This document shows positions 41,572-54,559 of a DNA stretch of 64,000 nt, piece after piece. Under the pieces are notes generated by a model. It had not been told where the DNA came from. It made no database searches and saw nothing but the letters and a program-made list of their open reading frames with translations. The stretch's first letter is position 1. The number at the start of each line of letters is the position of its first letter. Source of the stretch: Octopus bimaculoides. Its lineage: Eukaryota. The position numbers and the translations under genes are program-made. The stretch spans positions 16,930,416-16,994,415 of the forward strand of contig NC_068994.1 in NCBI RefSeq assembly GCF_001194135.2, read 5' to 3'.

Positions 41572-43509
41572 TGAGGAGAAAGAGAGCAAAAGAAGGAGAG
41601 TACATGTGATTGGGTAGGTTGTATAAGTGGGTGGTGGAAGAAAGAGAGAGGCAGGTATAGTGCATGCAGAGACTGAATGATGTATGGTGGTAGTGAAGGT
41701 GAGACAATTTGGTGGCTCCTGGGATGGGGCAGTGATCAATGTAAAATGTAGGTAAAGAGGACAGTATCAAGGATGAAGGATGGATGCCAGGTGAAATGGT
41801 TTGGGTAATGAGAAAATTTAGTGATATCAAAGAAAAGATGTAGATACAGAGATGATGGGTGGTGGGGGTATCTTGAGGACATAGTTGTGCTAAAAAGCAC
41901 CCATTACATTGTTGGAGTTGTTGGCATTAGAAAGGGCATCCAGCCATAGGAACCATTCCAAATCAGACTGGAACTTGGTGTAGTTCTCCGGCTTACCAGT
42001 TCCAGTCAAACTGTCTAACCCATGCCAGCATGGATTGCAAACACTAAATGATGATGATATATATATATATATATATACACACACGCACACTCACACACAC
42101 ATACACAGTGCTTCCAGAACTTGGTTTTGCCAACATGGGCAAATTTTCTCAGGAACTATATATCACTAGTCATTCAGATCCTTTGTAATCTTCTTTGTGA
42201 TGTTCAAGGTCCTGAGATTATCCTTCACCACTTTGTCCCATATCTTCCTGAATCTCTCTCTTCCATAAATTTGATCCACATTAAGTGATCGGCACTTCTT
42301 TTTATTCAGCTATCTTCATGCATACACACCACACGTCCCTATTAGTACAGTCGTTTTATCTCTCATTTAATACATTTGTACTATGCTGTTCAAGCACACC
42401 AACATTGCACATCCAACCCAGCATGCTCGTTTCATTTCTTTCCCAGTCTTCTCAAGTTTTCTGCACTCAAAGTTCATGTTTTACTACAATGCAGCTTCGT
42501 ATCATACAAATATCACACAATCTACCCTTCACTCTGAGAGAAAAGACCTTTGTTGCCAGCAGCAGCAGCAGTAGTAGCTCTCTGAACTTTCTCCAACCCA
42601 TTCTTATCATTTTGTGTATTTATTTTTTTGCTGCTTTCATGGATTCCCATGACTCTTTGCTGCCATCCAATTCATAGTGAATCTTTCATTAGCTGATTAC
42701 ACAACCATGGCCACCACTCCTATGGTTGCATTGCAGTTACTCTCTTGATAGATCTTCATGATCCTGGTTGTTGATTTTCTAGGATTCCTCTGCTCAGCAT
42801 CAATGTAAGAAGCACTGTTGACTCAGTTCCGCTCTTCCGCTATCTCTTCATAATCTGACATGTTGCAGTCCCATGACTTCACTGCATCCCTAGCTGAGTG
42901 GCCAAACAGGTGTAATGCCTTACCAAAGGGCAGCCCATAACTATGCAGGGTATAGACATCACTCTGTGAGATACTTTTAAATACTCACATACCCAGTTAT
43001 ATATATTAGAGAAATTGTTGTATTGTTTTGTTAAATATCACTACTTTGATCTTATGATAGTTACACTGTAGTGCTTCATTGCTCAACTCGCGTATTCAGC
43101 AGAAATTTCTTTGACTAAGAATGGGACACTGATTTCTGATTTATTTATGTTTATAAATCCTTATATAATCCTTATATTCTTTATCCTTATACATTTATAC
43201 ACACACACACATGTGTGCACATACACACATACACACATACACCCACGCTCACTCAATCATGCAGACAGGTATGTGCACACATACTCATACTCATACACAC
43301 ACACTCATACTCATACACACACACTCATACATTCATACATATAATCTCTCGCATGCATGCACTCAGTTACACAGTCACGTTGACATATATACACTTGCAC
43401 ACAATTTTTATGCAAATGCATTCGTGTAATACTTCTGGTGATACACATTTCAACACAAGTGTACAAAAGCGAGATCTTTCTGGATATAGTCATCATATTC
43501 ATAATCTTC

Positions 43510-43580
<71 letters not shown>

Positions 43581-44436
43581 NNNNNNNNNNNNNNNNNNNN
43601 NNNNNNNNNNNNNNNNNNNNNNNNNNNNNNNNNNNNNNNNNNACGCATACACACACACACACACATGCGCATTCACACACTTGCACATTCACACACACAC
43701 ACACACGTGTGCGCGTGCACACATGCACATTCACACACACATGCTCTCTTATACACAAACTCTCTCTCTCTCTCTTACACACATTCTCACACATGCACTC
43801 ACACACACACAAACACACACACAATGTTTGCATATATATCCTTGCACACAACTTATATAGATGCATTCCTTGTATTACTTCTGGCAATACACCTTTTAAC
43901 ACACATGTACAAAATTGAGATCTTTCTATACCAATATAATTATCATATGCATGTTCTTCTTTGTTCCTATGCATTCCAATAATATCTGGGTTTAGGATCA
44001 AGAAGACTCTAACATTGATAACCAGGTATTTTGCTATTCATATTTTTTTTCCCTAAATTATGTCGTAATTTATTAGCTTCATATATGTATATTTAAATGT
44101 TTTCTTGAATTTTAAGCAACACATTTTATTTATTTATTAGAAATAGCTTAAAGAGAAAAATGAATTTTATATTGTGAGAAAGAAAATGCTTTTTATTTAA
44201 TTTGCATGCCTCATAGAATTCAAGCTGTAATTACTGCCAAAGGCGGTCCTACCCCATATTTAAATAAATTTGTTTGAAACTTTAAATTTTACCGGTGAGT
44301 GTGTTAGATTTTAAGGCACAATAAGAAAATGACTCTCCCCAGACACAACAGAATATGCTTCAACACACGAAATCACATAAAAAATCTAGCAAACCAAATC
44401 CCAAAACGAAATATATATATATATATATATACATAT

Positions 44437-44468
<32 letters not shown>

Positions 44469-47400
44469 ATATATACACACACATACATACATACGTACAT
44501 ACATACATATATGCTCAATGATGCATTATCATCATTGTTGTGCATCCATTTCTATGCTGGTATAAGTTGGATGGTTTGAAGGGATTCAACAGTTTGGAGA
44601 CCAAGTCTTACTCAAATGTCTAATGCTTCTGTCAGATATATTTATTGGAGAGAGAGAGAAAGAGAGAGAGGTGGGGGGAGATGACATGTTTTACTGGAAT
44701 ACTAGATCTGTGATTCCAGTAACACAGTTAAACAACTCATCTTATTCTGATTTAAGATTCCTCTTTTTCATTAATATAGTATATCCCACTCTTTGGGCTG
44801 CTTGTATTACTATTTGCTTATGCAGAACATCATGGAGGCGCAATGGCCCAGTGGTTAGGGCAGCGGATTCGCGGTCATAGGATCACGGTTTCAATTCCCA
44901 GACCGGGCATTGTGAGTGTTTATTGAGCAAAAACACCTAAAGCTCCACAAGGCTCCGGCAGGGGATGGTGGTGAACCCTGCTGTACTCTTCCACCACAAC
45001 TTTCTCTCACTCTTACTTCCTGTTTCTGTTGTGCCTGTAATTCAAAGGGTCAGCCTTGTCACACTGTGTCACGCTGAATATCTCCGAGAACTACGTTAAG
45101 GGTACAGGTGTCTGTGGAGTGCTCAGCCACTTGCACGTTAATTTCACGAGCAGGCTGTTCCGTTGATTGGATCAACTGGAACCCTCGACGTCGTAAGCTA
45201 CGGAGTGCCAACAACAACATGCAGAACATCACTAGTGTCCTCAGATTCTACTGTTTGCTTTTATTTAGACAGGAAATCAGTAGAACATTAAACAAAACGA
45301 TCATACAATTACAATATTTAGTTATTTCCCATTACATTCTGAGTTCAAATCCTGCTGCAACAAATGTTATCTTTCATCCTTTCAGGATTTGTTAAAACAA
45401 AGTATTGGAAAAGATTTAAGTAACTGTTTCCTCTCTTTCTAAAATTGTAATATTGTATGTAACTCTGTTAGAAATCATCATGGATTGGTAGAATTATTAG
45501 ATCATCAGACAAATGCTTTGTTTTATTTGTTCCTGCTCTTTACATTCTGAGTTCAAATCCTTCCAAGGTCAACTTTGTTTTCCATCGTTCTGGGGCTGAA
45601 AAAAAGTTCCAGTGATGTAATGGGGTCGATTTAGTTTTCGAAATTCTGCCCCTCCTTACATTTCTGACCTTGTGTCTTTGTAAGAAATTCTTCTTACTAC
45701 ATATGTCTTGCAAACAACTCGCACATGCAAGTGCTACCAGTCGAGAACTCCGCATACCGGAAGCCAGCAAGTGTATGGGGTCATCAGGAGAGAATGCGCG
45801 CCGTTTCAGGGCCTACCTCTCGATGGCATCAATGCGCACTGATATGAGGCCCTGCAGCTCTTCATACATCTCAGATAATAAAAAAATACAACTCAAGAGA
45901 CAATTTCCATCTATAAACTAATAATGGTCATGTTGCTATTGTTGTTGTTATAACCACTTGTGTCTTATCTGTACATCTATTTAAACAGGACCAAATACAC
46001 TACCAAGTTGCTGAAGACAAGACCAAGGTCTGCTTGAATAGATTTTCTAATACCTAAAGATATCGCATGCTTGTGTCTCTTTCAACGCATTTCACCTAGT
46101 CTCATCCTATGCAACTTCTTACACAGCTTCTTTTTACGTTTTCATCATCTTTTAACTTTTTGCCTATCTTCAAGGCTTGTAGGTTCTCATCGCCATACAC
46201 CATGCTGTAGTTTGTGTTAGCATATTTAATAGATGATGACCAGATTAATTTAGTTATCAGTTTAATCCCTTACTTTGTTTAATGCAATGCTACGCATTTA
46301 CTTTGAATCTTCAGCTTTTATCTTTGATTCCTGTTTGTTAAAACTATGGCACATCTTGGAGACTGTATGCATGTCATCATATGTGGCTTATCATTTCTTT
46401 AATCCCATCACTACTACCATACCCCATCACCACTACTACCACCACGTAATATCAGTCACTCCATTTGACCAGTGACCTTTTTACAGTGGAATTCTCGTTT
46501 AAGAATATTAACCTCTGATTTAAAAAAAAAAAAAATTCAAAAAAGAGTGGAACTTTTAGGATTTATGAGAGGGCGGGGGTAAATGATTAAAAAAAAATTT
46601 TTTTAATAATTGTATGAATTCCTGTGTGTAGAACACAGATTTGCTAAAATTTTCTGAAAATTCAAAAAAAAATTTTTTAAGTTATGAGAGATTATATGGG
46701 GTGCATAAACCAGAATTCGACCCTTTTTATGACATTGATCAGTGAAATATATGTTTCTCCTTAACTGTTATGTGTCCATTCTGAGCTTCCTTTCATCTCT
46801 GAGGCTTGAAAACTCACCAAATAAGACGTCTTGTAAGATGTACACTTGTTAGATGTTGCTTTCATTTCTACTTAAAACTGATTCTCTTTAATATCATAAA
46901 AGTGTTTGGAGCAAAGGATTGAAATGCCCGGGGACTCTTGCTGCATGGAAAACAGATAGTAAAGTGGAAGCTGTCTTAGTTAATGGGGTGAGGCAAGAAA
47001 ATTTTTAATTGGTATTACACCCATAGTGAGAAAAATCAATAGTTATCTTAACCCTTTGCCTATCTAAAGTATTTTCATAAGTTTATTTTAGATGTCCATG
47101 CTTGTTTTCAGCCTTTAGTTAGCCCGTGTTTCATATATTCATATATTTCATTTCCATGCTTTCTATAAGTCCCAAGTAATTATGGTGTTTGAAAAAAATT
47201 GGGAACATGTCTTATATATGATGCATGGATGCCAGGGAAATATGTCCTATGTATTGCATGTGATCTACATGAGAGGCAAAAAATTTATGACTAACTCTGG
47301 TCAATTTGTTTTTATTAGAAGCATCGAAATGTGTATTGTACAATAAAAACAAGAAGATGATATTTTTTTCAAACTCAGAATTTCTGTTAGAACAGCAGAA

Positions 47401-47650
47401 ATGCTGGGTAAATTAGCCTTACAAGGCGGAAAAATTTGTTAACAAACAGCCATGAGATTCAAACCCACATCTCCCAAGCCTTGGGCAGTTTAGCTTAATG
47501 GTAAAACACTCAACCAGAGTCTTGAGGGATGTGGGTTCAAGTCCCATGGTTGATTTTGATAGATTTTTCCTGCCTTGTAAGGGTAATTTACCCAGTATTT
47601 CTTGCTGTTCTAACATGTCATTAAGACAAATGTTAGTTTATATTATACAC

Positions 47651-47700
<50 letters not shown>

Positions 47701-48281
47701 TGTTATATTTCAGGATGGTCATTTTTTNNNNNNNNNNACACACACACATATTGTTATATTTCAGGATGGTCATTTTTTTTTTTTTTGCCTAATAAACACA
47801 CACACTATATTTTTGCTCTTCACTTGTATTATTCTTATTTTACCTTATGTTTATTGTCAGGAAATCTTTCATCACTCATCTGTGACCTCTTCAGCAACAC
47901 TTTCCATCCATGTGTAACCTCCTGCTCCACCTAAACCATTCTGTCCTTCTGTGATGTGTATCCTTATCTGTGCATGTACTTGTGTCTGTATCTGTGTGAA
48001 TGCGTGTGTCTGTGTGCATATGCATACACATGTCTCTGTGTTTTGCATGTATGCTTGTGTGTGTATCTGTTTGTATCTGTGCTCTTCATATAGGTTTTTG
48101 TTTACTTATTTATCTCTATTTCTTATATTTCATCATAAGTATTTGCATATATGTGTGTGTATGTGTGTGTGTGTATGCATATACACACATATGATAGTAT
48201 ATATGTATATATATTTGCGCATATATATACACGTATGTGTGCATATATGTGTATATGTATGTGCATGTATGCATATGTATG

Positions 48282-48326
<45 letters not shown>

Positions 48327-51290
48327 ATATATATATATATATGGCTGCAAAGAGAGAGAAGTTTGGAGACGCCTCTATGAAAGGTTGTTCAATAAAGAGA
48401 ATGAACGGAAGAAAGAGAGTCTGCCGAGTGTCGACCCAACAGAGGGACGATCTATCCAAATTGATAGTACCTTGGTAGATAAAGCAATTAAGAGTATGAA
48501 GACAGAGAAAGCTCCTGGCCCATCAGGAATTACCGCAGAGATGCTCAAAATATCTGGCGGTGTTGGCTATAGCCTAGTCACCTGTATAGTTAACCAGGTG
48601 ATACATGAAGGAATCATACTCAGTGACAGGTGTAGCAGCACCATAGTCAACTGCTACAAAGGTAAAGGTGATGCTTTAGATACAAATAATTACAGAGGTA
48701 TCAAGTTGTTGGATCAGGTAATGAAGGACACAGAGAGGGTCATAGCCCAACTAATTAGGGAAAGAGTCAGTTTAGATGAGATGCAGTTTGGGTTCGTGCT
48801 TGGGAAATGCACCACTGATGCTATATTTCTGGTAAGACAGCTGCAGGAGAAATACCTAGTCAAAGATAAACCTCTGTACCTGGCTTTCGTTGACATGGAG
48901 AAAGCCTTCGACAGGGTCCCCTGATCCCTTATCTGGTGGTCAATGAGGAAACTAGGGATAGATGAATGGTTAGTGAGAGCTGTGCGAGCCATGTACAGGG
49001 ACACTGTTACTAAGGTGAGGGTTGGCAATGAGTACAATGAAGAATTCTGGGTAGAGGTAGGGGTCCACCAAGGTTCAGTCCTCATCCCCCTCCTATTTAT
49101 CATAGTCCTCCAGGCAATAACAGAGGAATTCAAGACAGGATGCCCCTGGGAGTTCTTCTATGCTGATGACCTTGCTCTAATTGCTGAGTCACTATCAGCA
49201 CTAGAGGAGAAGTTTCAGGTGTGGAAGCAAAGATTAGAATCGAAGCGCCTTAGAGTCAACCTAGCTAAAACCAAAGTCCTAATAAGTAGTTAGGCAAGCA
49301 AACCACAAACCCCTTCAGGTGGAAGGCCCTACTCGATCTGTAGAAAAGGTGTAGGTAGAAACTCCATAAGATGTATCTGGTGTAAGCTATGGACACATAA
49401 GAGGTGCAACAATATCAAAGGAAGGCTAACTAGCAAGATAGTTTTTGTATGTGGCAGATGTTCAGAAGCAATAAACACTGACAATGTGCAGAAAACAACT
49501 TCTGCCACATTCCAGGGAGAAAAGCTAAACGTAGTTGATAGCTTCTGTTACCTATGTGACCAAGTCAGTAGCGGGGGTGGATGCTCTGAGAGTATAGCTG
49601 CTAGAATAAGAATAGCCTGGGCAAAGTTCAGAGAGCTCCTACCTCTGCTGGTGACAAAGGGCCTCTTGCTCAGAGTAAAAGGTAGACTGTATGACACATG
49701 TGTATGAACAGCCATGCTACATGGCAGTGAAACATCAGCCGTGACTACTGAGGACATGTGTAAGCTTGCAAGGAACAAAGCCAGTATGCTCTGCTGGATG
49801 TGTAATGTCAGTGTGCATACTCGACAGAGTATAAGTGCCTTGAGAGAAAGGTTGGACCTAAGAAGCATCAGATGTGGTGTGCAAGAGAGACGACTGCGCT
49901 GGTATGGCCATGTGTCGAGAATGGATGAGGATAGCTGTGTGAAAAAGTGCCACACCCTAGCGGTTGAGGGAACCCGTGGAAGAGGTAGACCCAGGAAGAT
50001 CTGGGATGAGGTGGTGAAGCACGACCTTCAAACAGTAGGCCTCACATCATTGAAATCTTGAAGTCACAAAATAATTCATGATTAATTTAAAACAATGTGA
50101 ATAAATAAACATTACATTTTACAGAGTAATCTGAATGTGGAAGGGTTAAATTTCCGTGTATTAGCTTTAATCACCAATATTAAAACATGTTTTGTCATTA
50201 TTATTACATAGCTGAACTGTAAGGATGCAGCTTTGCAATTGTTGAATTTTGAATTTTAAATTTTATCTTATAAAATTTTTGAAAATGTTTTTGAAGTTTT
50301 ATGTTTTACTGTTTTATTTCATTTTAGCGTGAGTCAATTTTTGCAACCTTGTATTATAACACGTGGTCAAAGTAAATAATCTCTTTTATTACAGCTGCTT
50401 GATTTCCTTTCCCTATTTCTCTTTGTTTCTGTCTGTCTGTCTCTCCCTACCATGAACCACTCAACCTTCAGGTCAGAGTGGAACCAGTCGTCAGCCTTAT
50501 AAGGTAGGCTTTGGCAAGCAAAGTGAAGCACCTTACCTTGAAACATGATGCAATAGCTGTAATAAAATTTGAACTTATGACCATATATGAACATTTGTCA
50601 GTCAACTGGACATCTGAAAATGAATAAAAATATAAGTATGAATGTTCACAAGAACATGTTCTTATGTGAGTAAATTTAAAAGAAAAGGAAAGAACAGAAG
50701 AGGAAGAAAACATTTGTTCTGTCAGTTTGGACTGAGGCTGATGATCTAAAGATGTATTCACAAACACAGTGCAACATTGCCTTACGATATATTTTGGCCA
50801 CTAGGGACAAAGGCAACAATAATTATAACAGTACCACCTTTGAAAAATAGTTCCAAAGAGTCTAAAATAAATGACTTGGCTACTTTCTTCTATCCATATA
50901 TTAAACGCCACACCATTTCAATTCTTAGAGTCCCCAAAACTTCATCATCACTACAGATATTGTTTCTGTTTCTCTCAGAAGTTGACATAACAGGGTGGAA
51001 AAAAGAAAGAAAAAAGGGAAAGGAAGAGAAGGGGAAAAAAAGAGGAAAAATTTGAGCATCTTAATTCCACATTTATTGTTGTTTCTCTGTTTCTTTTATT
51101 TTCTTTTATTATAGTCAAGCTTATTTAAGTTTCATCTTCATTGTTGTGGAGCTTGTAATAATTTGGTTGTATATTTCTCTTATTTCTTGGTTCTTACTAA
51201 AGGCAATTGAAAGCAGAGCAGAAGAGATGCCAATGTCCACTGCAATTGCAGGAAGTTTTGGTAAGTTTCACTGATAATTCTCTTTCCATT

Positions 51291-51352
<62 letters not shown>

Positions 51353-54300
51353 ATAATAATAATAATAAAAAGTTGAGCTGGTAGAATCGTTAACATACTG
51401 GGGAAGAATGCTTAGCAGTATTTTGTCTGTCACTATGTTCTGAGTTCAAATTCTGCCAAGGTCGACTTTGCCTTTCATCCTTTCAGGGTTGATACAGTAA
51501 GTACCAGTTGAGTACTGGGGTCGATATAATCAACTTACCCCTTCCCCAAATTTCAGGCCTTGTTCCTATAACAGGAATAATTATTATTGTTGTTATTATT
51601 GCCCCCACCTTAGTGAAGGCAGAGGTATTGCTTTCACTCGTGTTTGTTTGTTTGTCTGTGGACAAAATATCTCAAGAACTGCTGGATGGATTCAAATGAA
51701 ACTTTCAGGGATGTTTGGCCTCACGACTGGCATGAACTGATTTGATTTTGGAATTGATCCAGTACCAGACAAGGATTCTGGATTATTTTTCCTGTTTTTT
51801 TTAACTTAATTTTTGAGAGTGGTCGGGTTCATTTTTAGTATTCCCGTTTGTGAGAACAGTCAAGTTTATTTCAGATATTCTCATTTTAAAAACTACCTCC
51901 AGCTAATCATTGAGATCATTGAGAGGACGTTGGTGTTGCCTTGGTGGAGGTTTGCACTCTCTGGGTGCTCTTATTATTATTATTATTATTATGCAGTAAA
52001 TTGACAGAATCCTTTGAGTGTTGGAAAGCATTACTTTGTGGCATTTGTTCTAGCTCCAAACATTCAAATCCCACTGAGGGTAACTTTACCATTCATCTCT
52101 CTGGCATTGATAGAATTAGGTACTAGTCAAGTACTAGAGTTGATGGGCCCAACTTCCCCACTCCCCTCTAAATTGCTGGCCCTGTACCTTAATCTGAAAC
52201 CAATTATCATTTATGGCTCTTTTCTTCTCCAGGTTCTTCATATGGTGGTGAGAGTGCATACTTGTATAACCAACTGGAGCTTCACAGTCGAGACCAGAAG
52301 ATATCACAGATAATTCTATTACAAGTTATTAAAATTCCCTTATGTTTCATCTTATTTATATGAGGAGGTGCTGCAAAGTTCCTGGCTTTAGAGTACTGTG
52401 AAAGGCCTGGCTGGAGGCCCAACTTTTTGAGTTCTTTTACAGGGCTTAGAAAAACTGAAGGATTGCTACAATAAGTGTGGGAATCTGAAAGGGGAATATG
52501 TCGAATAAAATCATAATTAATGAATCCTCCTGCATTTTCTTTTACCCAAAACCAGGAGGTTTTCAGCACCCCCCATATACCCACAACACTATATGAATAC
52601 ACTGATGTACTCTATCCAGGAGGATATTGATCTCTCCATTGCTTAATGCCACTGAATAGAGTACAAAGCATCAGTTTTATGAACATGTGGGGCTTGTGTT
52701 GGTGTTTATTGCATACTCTTTTGAAAATCTAAAATAAAAATATATGCACACAACAATACTATCTCTTTCTTTCTCTCTCTCTTTTCTTTTCTCTTTTTCT
52801 CTCTCTCTCTCTCTTTCACATACATACTAGATCTGTATCTCTGATTCTATTTCTGTCTATTTGCCTGCCTGTCTGTCTATCTGTCTGTCTATCTCTGTCT
52901 GTCAGTCTATCTATCTGTCTGTCTGTCTGTCTGTCTGTATGTCTGTCTGTCTGTTTCTCTCTCTATCCCTTTACTGGTACACATATATACACACACACAT
53001 ACAACCACATATATACATTCACATGCTAGCACAAACAAACACACATACACATATATCTATATATTCATACAGATGGTGGTGCTCCAGCATGACCACAGCT
53101 GCATGGCTGAAACAAATAAAAAAGCATAAGAATACATACACACACACACACACTCATACATACACACACTCATACATACACACACTCATACATACACACA
53201 CTCATACATACTAACATATAATCTTCTTACTGCTAAAAATCCTCCTGTTTTCCAAATCATTCCCAGGGCATCATCTACAAAATAAAGGAAACCTTCAACA
53301 AGGAGTTTGATGAGTTGTTTAACCGCAAAGAAGTAGAGATTGGCAAAATCAAAGAGAAGAACAAGCGAGTTAGTGTGATCATATCTGACCTTGAGCTGGG
53401 TGAAGAGGTCCTTGTTCCAGAATTTACTGTGGCAGAGAGACCGGAATTGGCTTTTATAGTCGATGATTCTGAAGTAAGTAGTTTTAGGTTTAAAATTATT
53501 ACAGAGTTAAGATTAAGAAATCTCAGACTTTAAACCTTACCTTTGAAGATGAGGAATGTTTCAATATTTACATCTTCTAAGGCAGCGAGCTGGCAGAAAT
53601 GTTAGCACGCTGGGCGAAATGCTTAGTGGCATTTCATCTGTCTTTATGTTCTGAGTTCAAATTCTTCTGAGGTTGACTTTGCTTTTCATTCCTTTCAGGG
53701 TCAATAAAATAAGTACCAGTTGTAAAATGGGGTCAATGTAATTGACTTACCCTTCCCCTGAACATGCTGGCCTTGTGCATATTTTGAAACCATCTCTGTC
53801 TTTCTAGACATACTCTCTTCTTGAGTATTTATAGTCTCATTCACCTCTTTGTTTCATTCAGTATAACTAATGATAGTCCCCTGCATACTACACACGTCTT
53901 TAAATTTTGCAGGTCACAATTGAAAGGTACCTGACTGCCGAGGAGAAAAAAGCCATAGAAGAAGCCAAATGCATTGAAGAGGAGCGTATAAGGAGGGAAA
54001 GAGCTGACAATTCCCATGAAAGAGGCATAATGGATATGATGGGTGGTGTTCTTGAGATCAGAAAAGAGGATGAATTGAAGAAGGTGACTTTTTTTGTGTG
54101 ATGTAAATTGATGCCGTTATCTAAGGAGAGAATTCTAATACTGTGAAATATTCACTAGAGTAATTACATAATTCACAACAATATATGAATTGATTGATCC
54201 TATTCCGTGTAAAGATGTGTGTATAAGAAAAGTTGTATGTACGAGTAGTTGGGTGAATGGTAATTATCAAGAAATAGGTCCCAGTACCACATAAAAAAGC

Positions 54301-54516
54301 ACTTGTCTTTGTGCCACGTTAGAAACACTGGTGCTAGTGTCTTATAAAAGGTGCCCAGTGGAGTGGTTTGGCATTAGGAAGGACATCCAGCTATAAAAAC
54401 CATGCCAGGACAGACAATGGAGCCTGGTGTGGCCCTTGGCCTTACCAGCTCTGGTCAAACCATCCAACCAATGTTAACATGGAAAATAAATGTTAAATGA
54501 TGATGATGATGATGAT

Positions 54517-54559
<43 letters not shown>

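Noticed and set aside
42783-42804. Possible microexon between ttttctag and gtaaga
   Set aside because: 22 nt would shift the CFAP43 frame, and it lies in repeat-like sequence.
45775-45815. Minus-strand GAAAC...CTGATGA as a type II/III hammerhead
   Set aside because: No complementary strands for stems I, II or III.
47690-47780. Direct duplications either side of 10-N gaps (also 14604-14665)
   Set aside because: Typical unmerged contig overlaps; assembly artefacts.
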